A stretch of 64,000 nt of DNA from Candidatus Tayloriibacteriota bacterium. GTDB taxonomy: Bacteria; Patescibacteriota; Minisyncoccia; Phycocordibacterales; UBA10002. A program made the position numbers and the translations under genes. Below are positions 28,811 to 37,893 of this stretch, in pieces. The DNA lies in the NCBI GenBank assembly GCA_009694955.1, contig SIBZ01000001.1:63-64062 (forward strand), in the 5' to 3' direction. Under the pieces are notes generated by a model. The model did not search any database and had not been told where the DNA came from. It saw only the letters and a program-made list of their open reading frames with translations. Positions within the stretch are counted from its first letter, which is position 1. Each line of letters begins with the position of its first letter.

Positions 28811-28965
28811 AAATCGAACGAAGTGAGTGTTGGTCGGGTAGAAAGCGCTGGGAGCGCTTTCGGCCGGAATCGAAGCCTGTTTGAGCCTTTTGTAGAGCCG
28901 ACGGCGAATACAAAAGCCAAATAGGGTACTGAAACTGTAAGTTTCGATTCCCGGTACCCGCACCA
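28811..28965 (+). mobile_element. tRNA-trailing structured element, copy B
   Basis: 23-bp direct repeat of the tRNA 3' end (28943-28965); antisense copy tggtcgggta..ccggaatcgaa. Confidence 0.65.
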
Positions 28966-28995
28966 AGTAATTCTAAAAAAGACACCGTGCACAAC

Positions 28996-29024
28996 TGTGG
29001 ATAAGACAGTGGATATGTGCATAA
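28996..29024 (-). promoter_or_regulatory. DnaA-box-like cluster
   Basis: tgtggataa 28996 (perfect), agtggatat 29008, tgtgcataa 29016. Confidence 0.5.
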
Positions 29025-29036
29025 AAGACAGGAAAA

Positions 29037-30056
29037 GTTTCAGGTGAAAGCAATGCTCAAATTTTAATTATACGGCCTACTCTAGGCCTTTTAAAAAGAC
29101 AAAGCCATAAAAGTCATCAAGTTTCACGTGAAACTAGTACTCATTTTGCAATAATTTATGGATAAGTCAATTCTTCTCCAGGTTGGGGTAAAAATCTTTC
29201 TGAAGAATATAGAGGGTCGGTATCTACTGCTCAAGCGGTCACCTGTTAGGTACCCGAACGTGAAAAATTTCATGGATATACCCGGCGGGAGGATTATCCC
29301 CGGAACCCCTCTCTTCGAAAACATTAGACGCGAAGTTTTTGAGGAAACAAAGCTAACCGTTCTTGGGGAGCCAAAGTTAATCGGTGCTCAAGACATTATC
29401 AGGCTTCCTGAGAAGCACATTGTGAGGCTTACGTTTATCGGAGAAACTTCCGGTACTCCAGTGCTCGATGAAGAACATCTCGAGTTTAAATGGGTGACGC
29501 TTGGGGAAATGAAAAACGAACAAGAGCTTGATGAGTTTACACGTGAAATCTTGGAAAAGAATTTTAATGGATAAAATATTTGTTTCAATCTCGATAGCCG
29601 TAGCCTAAGGAAACAAATATTTTCTGTGTTACAAAAGTGGGGAAGACACAAAAAGTCGGTTCGCTTGGTGAAGAACTTGTTGTAAGGTTTCTTATGAAAC
29701 GAGGGTATTCAATTCGCGACCGAAACTACCGAAGGCCGTGGGGTGAGTTGGATGTTGTTGCAGTGAAGAAAAATAAAATTCATTTTGTTGAGGTAAAAGC
29801 TTTAAGCTCCAAGGTTGAAACTTGTTTACCTCGTAGCAAGCCGAGTCTGCGATGTTCTACTGCTAGGGTTTCAGATGAAACAAAAGGCAACGTTTCATCT
29901 GAAACATTCGAGCGCGGAAAGGCGTTGGTGTACATACGGTCTAAGATAAAGAAGGATCGCTTCAGAGCAGAGGATAATGTTAATGCTGAAAAAATGAAGC
30001 GTTTAAGCCGTATAATACAGACCTATTTAAATGCGGAACATGTTTCATCTGAAACA
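29037..30056. other. Cluster of seven parS-like palindromes
   Basis: GTTTCACGTGAAAC at 29121; variants at 29037, 29536, 29687, 29868, 29892, 30042. Confidence 0.7.
29158..29574 (+). CDS. NUDIX hydrolase
   Basis: DIPGGRIIPGTPLFENIRREVFEET. Confidence 0.9.
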   Translation: MDKSILLQVGVKIFLKNIEGRYLLLKRSPVRYPNVKNFMDIPGGRIIPGTPLFENIRREVFEETKLTVLGEPKLIGAQDIIRLPEKHIVRLTFIGETSGTPVLDEEHLEFKWVTLGEMKNEQELDEFTREILEKNFNG

Positions 30057-30143
30057 AACTGGCAGTTTGATGTGGCGACTGTTTACATAGATGGGGCACA
30101 GAAGAAAGCAAAAATAAATTTTATGGAAGACCTGATTTTGTGA
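29637..30143 (+). CDS. yraN: YraN family endonuclease-like protein with internal insertion
   Basis: GSLGEE, RNYRRPWGELDVVA, FVEVK, WQFDV. Confidence 0.88.
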   Translation: MGKTQKVGSLGEELVVRFLMKRGYSIRDRNYRRPWGELDVVAVKKNKIHFVEVKALSSKVETCLPRSKPSLRCSTARVSDETKGNVSSETFERGKALVYIRSKIKKDRFRAEDNVNAEKMKRLSRIIQTYLNAEHVSSETNWQFDVATVYIDGAQKKAKINFMEDLIL

Positions 30144-30148
30144 ATATA

Positions 30149-30195
30149 TAAAGGACATAGCATATTTGATATGTCCTTTATATTCTGTCCTTTAG
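30149..30195. promoter_or_regulatory. Second TAAAGGACA/TGTCCTTTA cluster
   Basis: taaaggaca-N10-gatatgtccttta-tattc-tgtcctttag, same layout as 26226. Confidence 0.55.
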
Positions 30196-30231
30196 AAAAT
30201 TGTCGTAAGTGTGTTAGGATGTTTTGACTGT

Positions 30232-30302
30232 CGGGGCGTAGTGTAACGGTAGCATTCATGCTTTGGGAGCATGCGGTCCGAGTTCAAATCTCGGCGCCCC
30301 GA
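30232..30302 (+). tRNA. tRNA-Pro(TGG)
   Basis: CGGGGCG/CGCCCCG acceptor stem, catgc-TTTGGGA-gcatg, T-loop TTCAAAT. Confidence 0.92.
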
Positions 30303-30304
30303 AT

Positions 30305-30691
30305 ATGGGAAAGTATCACGGAGTTATCATTGAAGAGTCTTTAGCTGATAAGAAGATTCTTAATCAGATTAAGATTATTTCCACGAAAGTTGAGGCCGTC
30401 ACGGAAAAACATCAGACGCCGTGGCTTACGAAGTGGACACTCCATACTGTTGAAGTTGAAAGGGGAGAGGTGGAGATGGCCGCTCAAAAAATAAGTGCCA
30501 GTCTGGACCGCACACGCTCACATTCGTGGTATGCGGATATTAATGATGGGGAACAGGAGTACATCATTTTTCCGAACAGAATATTTCGTATCAATATGTG
30601 TCTGCAGACTGAGTATGACAAGGCGAGGGAATACGGGGTTCTAATCGGTATACCCGAGTATCAGGTTGATTTCAAGGCAGGAAAGAGATGA
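30305..30691 (+). CDS. Hypothetical protein
   Basis: YHGVIIEESL...WTLHTVE...WYAD...GIPEYQVDF; coupled to the next gene. Confidence 0.75.
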   Translation: MGKYHGVIIEESLADKKILNQIKIISTKVEAVTEKHQTPWLTKWTLHTVEVERGEVEMAAQKISASLDRTRSHSWYADINDGEQEYIIFPNRIFRINMCLQTEYDKAREYGVLIGIPEYQVDFKAGKR

Positions 30692-31446
30692 AAGTCATCA
30701 TCAACAATTTGGCTATAGAGTACTCTGACGAGGGGAATGGCCCCGTTATGATCCTTTTGCATGGTTGGATGACCAGCTTGCACACCTTTGATGCACTTGT
30801 AGTACTCCTTTCAGGAAGTTTTCGCATGATACGGCTTGATTTGCCGGGGTTCGGGGGGAGTGAAGCGCCAAAGGAGGCATGGGGGGTAGGGGAGTACGTG
30901 GAGTTTGTGAAAGCTTTCAATGAAAAGCTCGGAATTACTCCCGAAGTATTGGTAGGGCATTCGTTCGGCGGTCGCATACTCTTGAAAGGGGTCTCACAAG
31001 GCATATTTTCGGCAAAGAAACTGATTTTTGTTGCTTCTGCGGGAATAAAAACGCATCAAACTAGGGCGATATTGTTTCTTGTCGCCGCTAAGATTGGAAA
31101 AATAGCCTTAGGTTTCCTTCCTTCAGGTATTCGAGAACGGTTCCGTCGCAAATTATATAGAATGGCGGGAAGCACCGACTATCTTGATGTCTCCTCTCCT
31201 ATGATGAAGGAAACCTTTCTTCGTTCCACAAGAGAAGATTTAACCGATTTTGCGCGGAATATCCGTGTCCCGTCCTTGCTTATCTGGGGACAAAATGACC
31301 TGGTTACACCGCTTTCTGACGGAAAACGGTTGCAATCGTTGATTTTGGGTTCAAAATTGGAGGTTATACGTGATGCCAGGCATTTCGTACATGAGGAGAA
31401 ACCGGAAATAGTTGCAAGTTTAATTCGGGAATTCCTCCTTTTCTAA
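30688..31446 (+). CDS. Alpha/beta hydrolase
   Basis: LLHGW, DLPGFG, GHSFGG, WGQND, HFVH. Confidence 0.92.
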   Translation: MKVIINNLAIEYSDEGNGPVMILLHGWMTSLHTFDALVVLLSGSFRMIRLDLPGFGGSEAPKEAWGVGEYVEFVKAFNEKLGITPEVLVGHSFGGRILLKGVSQGIFSAKKLIFVASAGIKTHQTRAILFLVAAKIGKIALGFLPSGIRERFRRKLYRMAGSTDYLDVSSPMMKETFLRSTREDLTDFARNIRVPSLLIWGQNDLVTPLSDGKRLQSLILGSKLEVIRDARHFVHEEKPEIVASLIREFLLF

Positions 31447-31524
31447 AGGAGGGGAGTCGAGTCTTCGAGACGGAGGATTTTAAATCCCTCGGCCTATCGG
31501 CCACTCCCTTTAGTAAAGGGAGAA
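31432..31524. repeat. Double-hairpin REP-like element
   Basis: tcctcctttt..aaaggagg..ggaggattttaaatccctc..ctcccttt..aaagggagaat; sister copy at 47341-47432. Confidence 0.75.
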
Positions 31525-31533
31525 TAAAAATTA

Positions 31534-32973
31534 ATGAACAGCACCCTCAAAAACTTCATTTCGCGCTACCACCCGCGCTACATCCGCTCTCTCGTCTATA
31601 TGGCGCAACAGAGCGAATACCATATACGTGACTATCTTGCGTGGTTTTGGCGAACTCGAGATTTCTTGCGTGTCGAACAGCGAAAAACACTCGTAAAGAC
31701 TCCAAAGGCTCTTCTACTCCTCGTTTTAAGCTTCGGAGGGCTCATTTTGCTGTACGCTTTCGCTCTGTGGGTACTTCTTGTCGGTGTTGTCTGGTGGAAA
31801 TATCTCGTCTTTTTGCTTGTGGTTCTCGGTGCACCTTTTATACTTGCGTATGGTTTGGTCGTGGTACTGTTTCTTGGACGACTCATGCAGTGGCCGGTAG
31901 AATATTTGCTCGTTGACTACGCCAAACGAAAACTTCAGGCACATAAAGGTTTGAAAATCGCCATTGCAGGGAGTTTCGGCAAGACGACGATGCGGGAAAT
32001 CCTCAAAACCGTGCTCGGAGCAACAAAGAAGGTGTCCGCCCCGCCCGGAAGTTACAACACCCCGCTCGGCATCAGTTCGTTTATACGGGGGCTCAAGGGG
32101 GACGAGGAAATACTTATTTTTGAAATGGGGGAGTACTACAAGGGCGATATTCAACATTTGTGCGCTTTAGTCCGTCCGGACATCGGTATTATCACTGGCG
32201 TCAATGAAGCACATTTGGAGAAGTTTAAGGATGTTGAACAAACTCGCGCGACCATTTTTGAGCTTGCGGACTATTTGGGCGACAAACCACTCTATATAAA
32301 CGGGGAGAACGAACTCGCGCGGAAATACACGCATGCAGGTAATATTTTCTACACCAGAACGGGCGTAGGGAAATGGAAGGTGGAACGGGCGCAAACAGGG
32401 CTACAGGGGACTTCCTTCACGTTACGTAACGGTTCAGAGGAACTTTCTGTCCGTTCACATCTCCTTGGTTTACATCAGGTCGGACCGCTTGTCGTAGCTG
32501 CACATATTGCCTCTAAGCTTGGACTCACGGCTGAACAGATTGAAAAGGGAATTGACGCATCAAAGCCGTTTGAACATCGGCTGGAACCGAAAATGGATGC
32601 GCAAGGGGTCACGACGCTTGATGACAGCTATAACGGCAATCCTGACGGTGTGCGTGCGGTTACTGAGTTTCTTTCGTCCTTACAGGGTCACAGGCGTTGG
32701 TATGTAACACCCGGACTCGTTGAAATGGGACCGAAGAAAGAGGAGATACATAAAGAAATTGGCAGGCAACTTGCTCGCGCAGGTATAGAAAAAGTGATTC
32801 TCATCCGCACATCCGTCACACCGTTCATCTTTGCGGGGTTACAGGAAGAGAACTACAGCGGGGAAGTGATATGGTTTGATAAGGCACTTGATGCTTTCTC
32901 CGCACTTCCGAACCTTACTGTGAAAGGTGACACCGTACTCTTGCAGAATGACTGGCCAGACCAGTACGCGTAG
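31534..32973 (+). CDS. murF: Mur ligase (MurF-like) with N-terminal TM helices
   Basis: IAGSFGKTT, SYNTPLG, FEMGEY, DDSYNGNP, TPGLVEMG. Confidence 0.85.
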   Translation: MNSTLKNFISRYHPRYIRSLVYMAQQSEYHIRDYLAWFWRTRDFLRVEQRKTLVKTPKALLLLVLSFGGLILLYAFALWVLLVGVVWWKYLVFLLVVLGAPFILAYGLVVVLFLGRLMQWPVEYLLVDYAKRKLQAHKGLKIAIAGSFGKTTMREILKTVLGATKKVSAPPGSYNTPLGISSFIRGLKGDEEILIFEMGEYYKGDIQHLCALVRPDIGIITGVNEAHLEKFKDVEQTRATIFELADYLGDKPLYINGENELARKYTHAGNIFYTRTGVGKWKVERAQTGLQGTSFTLRNGSEELSVRSHLLGLHQVGPLVVAAHIASKLGLTAEQIEKGIDASKPFEHRLEPKMDAQGVTTLDDSYNGNPDGVRAVTEFLSSLQGHRRWYVTPGLVEMGPKKEEIHKEIGRQLARAGIEKVILIRTSVTPFIFAGLQEENYSGEVIWFDKALDAFSALPNLTVKGDTVLLQNDWPDQYA

Positions 32974-33122
32974 GACACGGAAGCGACACAGAATAAGAAC
33001 ACGGAAAAAACACAGAACCCCCCGCCTCCTCTGACCCTTTAGAGGGGAGGTACCGAGTCTGCGAGGCGAAGCGGTGACGAGAAGGTGGTATGTCTCTAAT
33101 AATTCTGTACACTTATACCTGT

Positions 33123-35051
33123 ATGAAGTTACCTGAAGAGATTCCTAATTCAGCTGCTACTACTCCACCTGTTGAACAGTCAACGGATGAGCCTGAAGTA
33201 ACTCTCACGCGGCAACACGTTCGAGGGTACTCAAAACTCCATTCTAAAGAAGGGAGGGATATGGTGGCAGAGGAGGTACGCGGTTTACGCGCAGACTATT
33301 TTAGCCGTATCAGACAACTTGAAGATTCTCTCGCATTAGTTTCGAGCCAGCTTGCAGAGAAAAAGGCAAATTATGCTGAGGTTGGTGCTGCAATTCCAGA
33401 ATTAGAGCGGGAATTGGCAGCGCTTGAGGGAAGTTCCCTCAATTCTTTTTTGTCGCTTCTTAATCTCAACAGAAAAGAGCGGAGTTTAAAGAGGGAGGCG
33501 ATACTTCAAGAGGGAACATTCAAAGAGCTTGAAATTTCCACTGGCCGTCTGACCGAAACACTTGAGGCGCTTAAGCGCGAGCGCGATTCACGCACGGAGT
33601 TGGAGCAGGCCAAGGACCGAGTTAAAGGGTTCTACGCGGAGCAGAAAGCGGAGCTGAAAACCGAAGTTCTAAAGCTTTTTGTCGAGCAGGCGAAAATACG
33701 GGATATCAACCGAATTTCTCAAGAGCATGACGTCATGTTTGTTCACGGCATACATCCAAAATTTGTTCCGAAACAGAATTCACTAATGCATAATCAGGCT
33801 GATTGGCAAACGAAACTCAAGGTGACTTTGGCGTTTGCACCTACTGTCTCTAGCTCCACTCTTTCAGATGGAGATGGTCCTGATGCCATGTGGGCACGGA
33901 TGGGCGTTATCCTCAATGGAGGTCAGGCGGAGAGTGCTTCGCGAGATGACAATGCTACGCAAGCGCGAGGCTTTGAAAAACGTAGTGAAAGTCAAACAAA
34001 AATGACAGACTATGAGATTCAAAGCGCTATTTCCGGTCGATATATGAGAGGCGCAAAGCGATATAATGAATTTTCTGTAGCAACGCCTAAGATAGCCGGT
34101 TTTTACTTTTCCAGGGAAGAAACTAAAAACTCACCACCCGACCTCGTTCCTCTTTCGGAAATCACCGAGACCTGTACTGCGCTCCGACTGCCGCTCTACG
34201 AGATTGTAAAGGGTCAACCGTATCGTACTCATGTGGATGAAAAAACAGGTGAGATAATCCGAGGTGAACCCGTTCAGAAAGGAGATTTGGTGAAAAGTTC
34301 GTGGAAGATAAGTGAAATAGAGAGAAGTCAGATTATTGAAGAACTGTTAGACACCTCGCCGTTCAAGATTATTCCTGAGGAGGGGGAGAATCTTGATGCG
34401 CGGGCTCATGGTGTGGAGACATACCTAAATCTTAATCTGAAAAAACTACCACAAAAGAAACTGGCCGGAGTAAAGTCTACGACAACTTCCGGAATCTATA
34501 CATATAGCATCGACTCGACCGTTAATGCCTTAACGCGAAGCTGTGATGTGCCATTCCGCAAAAAGGAACTGACAAATGAGGAAAGATTGGCTTGGCAAAT
34601 ACATGATGACCTACCAAGGAATCTTTACAGGAGAAATATGGATGAGTGGCATCCTAACAGCAGTACATATATAACGGAGCGACTTTCTATTAACACCTCA
34701 AGCTACTTTAACACAGAGACTTACTTGCAGGCTCTTGATAAAGAGGTTTCTGTTTTTTTGGAGTTAAAGGGGCAGTTTTCTCTTTTTTCTTCGTTGACAG
34801 CTGAAAAGAAAGAGCAAAAGAAAGAGTGGTTAGGTAAACAGTTAGCTTTCCATTTGCGTGGCTTTGGAGAAACTGCTGCAGAGTTTGGCGAAACTAAGTT
34901 GGCGGAGAAAGCAAAATCAATTGCGGACCGTTTGGGGACCGAAAATGAGTATCAGGATGTTTTGAAACGACGAATCAACACCCGTGGGTTCTTCCGACTT
35001 ACTAAGGAAGACATTAAGTATTTGCAAGAAGGAACAGTTATTGAGGTGTAA
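33123..35051 (+). CDS. Hypothetical protein: coiled-coil N-terminus plus unknown globular domain
   Basis: 642-codon ORF between murF and ddl, followed by a hairpin. Confidence 0.8.
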   Translation: MKLPEEIPNSAATTPPVEQSTDEPEVTLTRQHVRGYSKLHSKEGRDMVAEEVRGLRADYFSRIRQLEDSLALVSSQLAEKKANYAEVGAAIPELERELAALEGSSLNSFLSLLNLNRKERSLKREAILQEGTFKELEISTGRLTETLEALKRERDSRTELEQAKDRVKGFYAEQKAELKTEVLKLFVEQAKIRDINRISQEHDVMFVHGIHPKFVPKQNSLMHNQADWQTKLKVTLAFAPTVSSSTLSDGDGPDAMWARMGVILNGGQAESASRDDNATQARGFEKRSESQTKMTDYEIQSAISGRYMRGAKRYNEFSVATPKIAGFYFSREETKNSPPDLVPLSEITETCTALRLPLYEIVKGQPYRTHVDEKTGEIIRGEPVQKGDLVKSSWKISEIERSQIIEELLDTSPFKIIPEEGENLDARAHGVETYLNLNLKKLPQKKLAGVKSTTTSGIYTYSIDSTVNALTRSCDVPFRKKELTNEERLAWQIHDDLPRNLYRRNMDEWHPNSSTYITERLSINTSSYFNTETYLQALDKEVSVFLELKGQFSLFSSLTAEKKEQKKEWLGKQLAFHLRGFGETAAEFGETKLAEKAKSIADRLGTENEYQDVLKRRINTRGFFRLTKEDIKYLQEGTVIEV

Positions 35052-35053
35052 AT

Positions 35054-35087
35054 AAAAACCCCAGACACGAAAAGTGTGCCTGGGGTA
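35054..35087. terminator. Terminator-like hairpin (U-tract on the minus strand)
   Basis: aaaaaccccagacac-gaaaa-gtgtgcctggggt. Confidence 0.55.
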
Positions 35088-35458
35088 AGGAATTGTTCAT
35101 GCGAGCTGGGGTCGCACTAGTGCTTGCGCACAGATTCCTTCTTTGTTCTGCAGACTGCTGCAGTCAGTGGGACTAGTACAGGCCAACAGTTGTACTAGGA
35201 GTTAGGTTTTTGGACAAGCATTTCCCGGGTTTTCTTGGGGAAGAGAAAACTTTAATCCCAAAAGTCTTCCTTATAAAGAATCCGGTGAGTACAAGTTGCA
35301 AAGCATAGTGCCAGTGCGAAAAGGTACGTCCTGCAGGATTACATAAGAAGCAGAAAGTGTCAAGTCTGTTTAGCTTCTTGGCAGAAATAGGGCTAAATGT
35401 CTGAGTAATCAACCTCTTCTGCTAACATTGGAAGTAATTCAGGGAGTTGTAGGTGTAT

Positions 35459-36616
35459 ATGAAAACAATCGCAGTCATTTTTGGAGGAAGAAGCGCGGAG
35501 CATGATGTCTCCATCATCACTGCGCATATTCCGATTATAGATTCACTTAAGGCGACCGGTAATTTTGATATTTGGCCGGTGTATATCACGAAAGAAGGGG
35601 ATTGGTACGCCGATAAAGCCATGAACGACATGGCATTTTTCAAACAGCCTAATTACGAAGCTGTTTTGAGGAAGCAGAAAAAGATTCAACTTTCTTTTGA
35701 TAATGGACTTACACTAATCTGGCCAGGGCTTCGGAATAAAAAGGTAAAGATAGATGTCGTGTTCCCCTCAATGCACGGCACGTACGGTGAGGACGGTTCG
35801 CTTATGGGGCTCCTTCGTATGGCTAAAGTTCCGTTTGTCGGTTGTGACATGGCCGCTTCTGCCGTAGCGATGGATAAAGCATTCACCAAACAGATACTTG
35901 AGCACGAAGGCGTATCCGTCGTGCCATTTGTCGTATTCACCAAAACCGATTACGAGAAAGACAAAAAGCCGTTTCTCGAAAAAATCGCGAAGCTCAACTA
36001 TCCGTTATTTGTTAAGCCGGTACACCTTGGTTCCAGCATCGGTATCACAAAGGTAAAAGATGTCGCACAGCTTGAAAACGCGATTGAAGTTGCACTGCAC
36101 TATGACGACAAGGTTTTGGTGGAGGAAGGAGTGGAGAATCTTATCGAGGTGACGCTTCCCATCATCGGTAACGACGAGCTAAAGCTTGCGTCGGTTGAGC
36201 GGCCGCTCAACAAAAGCGAGCTCTTTGATTTCAATGCCAAATATCTCTCAGGCGGCGGCAAGAAGAGCGGGGGAGTGAACAATGCCTACAGCGAGATTCC
36301 TGCGAGTATCGGTGACGAGTTGACGAGAGAAGTGCAGGAGCTGGGTAAGAAAACCTACAAAATCCTCGGTTGTGCCGGCATCGCCCGTGTTGATTTTCTT
36401 ATTGACGGCTCGACTAAAAAAGTATTCGTGAACGAAGTGAACCTTCTCCCCGGCAGCCTCTATGCGCACAACTGGAAAAAGTCCGGCGTCTCGGGTGTAG
36501 AACTCGTCACGAAACTCATCGCGCTCGCCGAAGAGCGCTTCGCCGCCGAACAAAAACTCACCCACACCTTCTCCTCCGATATTCTCACCAAAGTCGGTGG
36601 TCCTAAGGTGCAATAA
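35459..36616 (+). CDS. ddl: D-alanine--D-alanine ligase
   Basis: IFGGRSAEHDVS, HGTYGEDG, FVKPVHLGSSIG, ARVDF, NEVNLLPG. Confidence 0.93.
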   Translation: MKTIAVIFGGRSAEHDVSIITAHIPIIDSLKATGNFDIWPVYITKEGDWYADKAMNDMAFFKQPNYEAVLRKQKKIQLSFDNGLTLIWPGLRNKKVKIDVVFPSMHGTYGEDGSLMGLLRMAKVPFVGCDMAASAVAMDKAFTKQILEHEGVSVVPFVVFTKTDYEKDKKPFLEKIAKLNYPLFVKPVHLGSSIGITKVKDVAQLENAIEVALHYDDKVLVEEGVENLIEVTLPIIGNDELKLASVERPLNKSELFDFNAKYLSGGGKKSGGVNNAYSEIPASIGDELTREVQELGKKTYKILGCAGIARVDFLIDGSTKKVFVNEVNLLPGSLYAHNWKKSGVSGVELVTKLIALAEERFAAEQKLTHTFSSDILTKVGGPKVQ

Positions 36617-36638
36617 CTGTCCCGTCTCTCCTTTCCGA

Positions 36639-37349
36639 CTATGCGATATTCCAGATCAGAGCTCCTGGAGTGGCGTGTTCTTTCACGAACCGCCAGATTT
36701 TGGAATCGTACCACGGTGAAGAAGGGTAGGGAGGAGGAAGTTCCGCTCTATTGAATGGTTTTTCCGGCACTTTGTAAATGGTTCCGGCCATTTTTGCATC
36801 CGGCATCATGCCCAGATTTACCGTATTGATTTTTGCGTTTGGCCACGCTTTTGTAAGACATCTTGAAGTTGTCCCTGACCCGCCCGCGACCCACACCTCC
36901 TTTGGAGATATTGGGAGGGACTTTGCTAGAGCAATTAAATGTCTTGTAAATGAGGGATAGTCAAAACCAATCGGTATGAAATACGCACCATTTTTCTTTG
37001 CATATTCTCGGGCAATCGTCACCAAATCTTTCTGATGAGAGACTTCGTCAATAATGTTGCAGGTTACATTATTAAGAGATTTTGTTTTGGTATAGATACA
37101 GGTATCCACTTCCGGTCCCGAAAAGAACAACGTTACCTTTTTGTTGTGGTAAAGACCCGCAAGTCCAAGTGCGTACCCCGAATGCCCGTAGGCATGAGCC
37201 GCGTAAACCACCTCGCCCTTTTTTATTTCCGAAAATACTTCAGCTATACATTTTGCTTTAATGCCGCCGGGAAGTAAATCGCCCCGTACCACGAGGAAAT
37301 CCTCGTGGTTTTGAAGTATAAGGTCGGGCAGTTTGGTGTTACGGTTCAT
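36639..37349 (-). CDS. Compact fold-type-II PLP-dependent enzyme
   Basis: VVRGDLLPGGIK (putative PLP Lys), EVWVAGGSGTT, PPPYPSSPWYDSKIW, ALIWNIA. Confidence 0.7.
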   Translation of the reverse strand: MNRNTKLPDLILQNHEDFLVVRGDLLPGGIKAKCIAEVFSEIKKGEVVYAAHAYGHSGYALGLAGLYHNKKVTLFFSGPEVDTCIYTKTKSLNNVTCNIIDEVSHQKDLVTIAREYAKKNGAYFIPIGFDYPSFTRHLIALAKSLPISPKEVWVAGGSGTTSRCLTKAWPNAKINTVNLGMMPDAKMAGTIYKVPEKPFNRAELPPPYPSSPWYDSKIWRFVKEHATPGALIWNIA

Positions 37350-37359
37350 AGCTGAGGGA

Positions 37360-37773
37360 TTAAGCAACGATATCAAGTCGCTTTTCACTGTCGGCCGGTT
37401 GATGGTCGTTGCCGATGGCGACCAATACCAACTCGGTGATTGCCTCAATGGCGTGGGGGATGTTTGAAGGAACGAGATATATCATTCCTTCAAACATATC
37501 AAATTTATTTTTGCCGTAGATTAAGACACCACGGCCTTTGGTTACCATAAGTATGTGAGCACCGATATGCGTATGCAGTCCTACGCCTTTGCCCCCCGCG
37601 AATCGGATAATATCGGCTCCAAACCGGTGTTCGGTGGAGTCATCAAGTACCAAAGGGAGAGCGGTTCCATCACTGTGCTGCATTTTGACCGGCTGTTCTC
37701 CCTCTATTGATTTAAGCTGACCGATTTCCTGATTAAAGTTTGCCCATCTCGCCTGTTTGAATTGATAATTCAT
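37360..37773 (-). CDS. Cupin domain protein
   Basis: VGLHTHIGAHIL...GMIYLVPSNIPHAI. Confidence 0.85.
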   Translation of the reverse strand: MNYQFKQARWANFNQEIGQLKSIEGEQPVKMQHSDGTALPLVLDDSTEHRFGADIIRFAGGKGVGLHTHIGAHILMVTKGRGVLIYGKNKFDMFEGMIYLVPSNIPHAIEAITELVLVAIGNDHQPADSEKRLDIVA

Positions 37774-37846
37774 ATTTTTTCTTGCATCTTCTTGTAATGG
37801 TTACCACGATACGTTTTGAAGAACGAGTGGCAAACAGGACTCGCGA

Positions 37847-37860
37847 GTGGTAGTTACCAC
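37847..37860. promoter_or_regulatory. Candidate TrmB operator GTGGTA-NN-TACCAC
   Basis: gtggta-gt-taccac; half-sites at ~37801 and ~37827; variant at 39573. Confidence 0.5.
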
Positions 37861-37893
37861 CTTTACAAATCCACGGCCTTATGTATAATCATT

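Noticed and set aside
28426-29022. 198-aa ORF and other ORFs over the tRNA cluster (also 49012-49317)
   Set aside because: Antisense read-through of tRNAs and their trailing elements.
28990-29140. oriC
   Set aside because: Only one perfect DnaA box, similar boxes are scattered (6818, 13324, 26236), and there is no dnaA/dnaN or clear unwinding element; cannot be called from this window.
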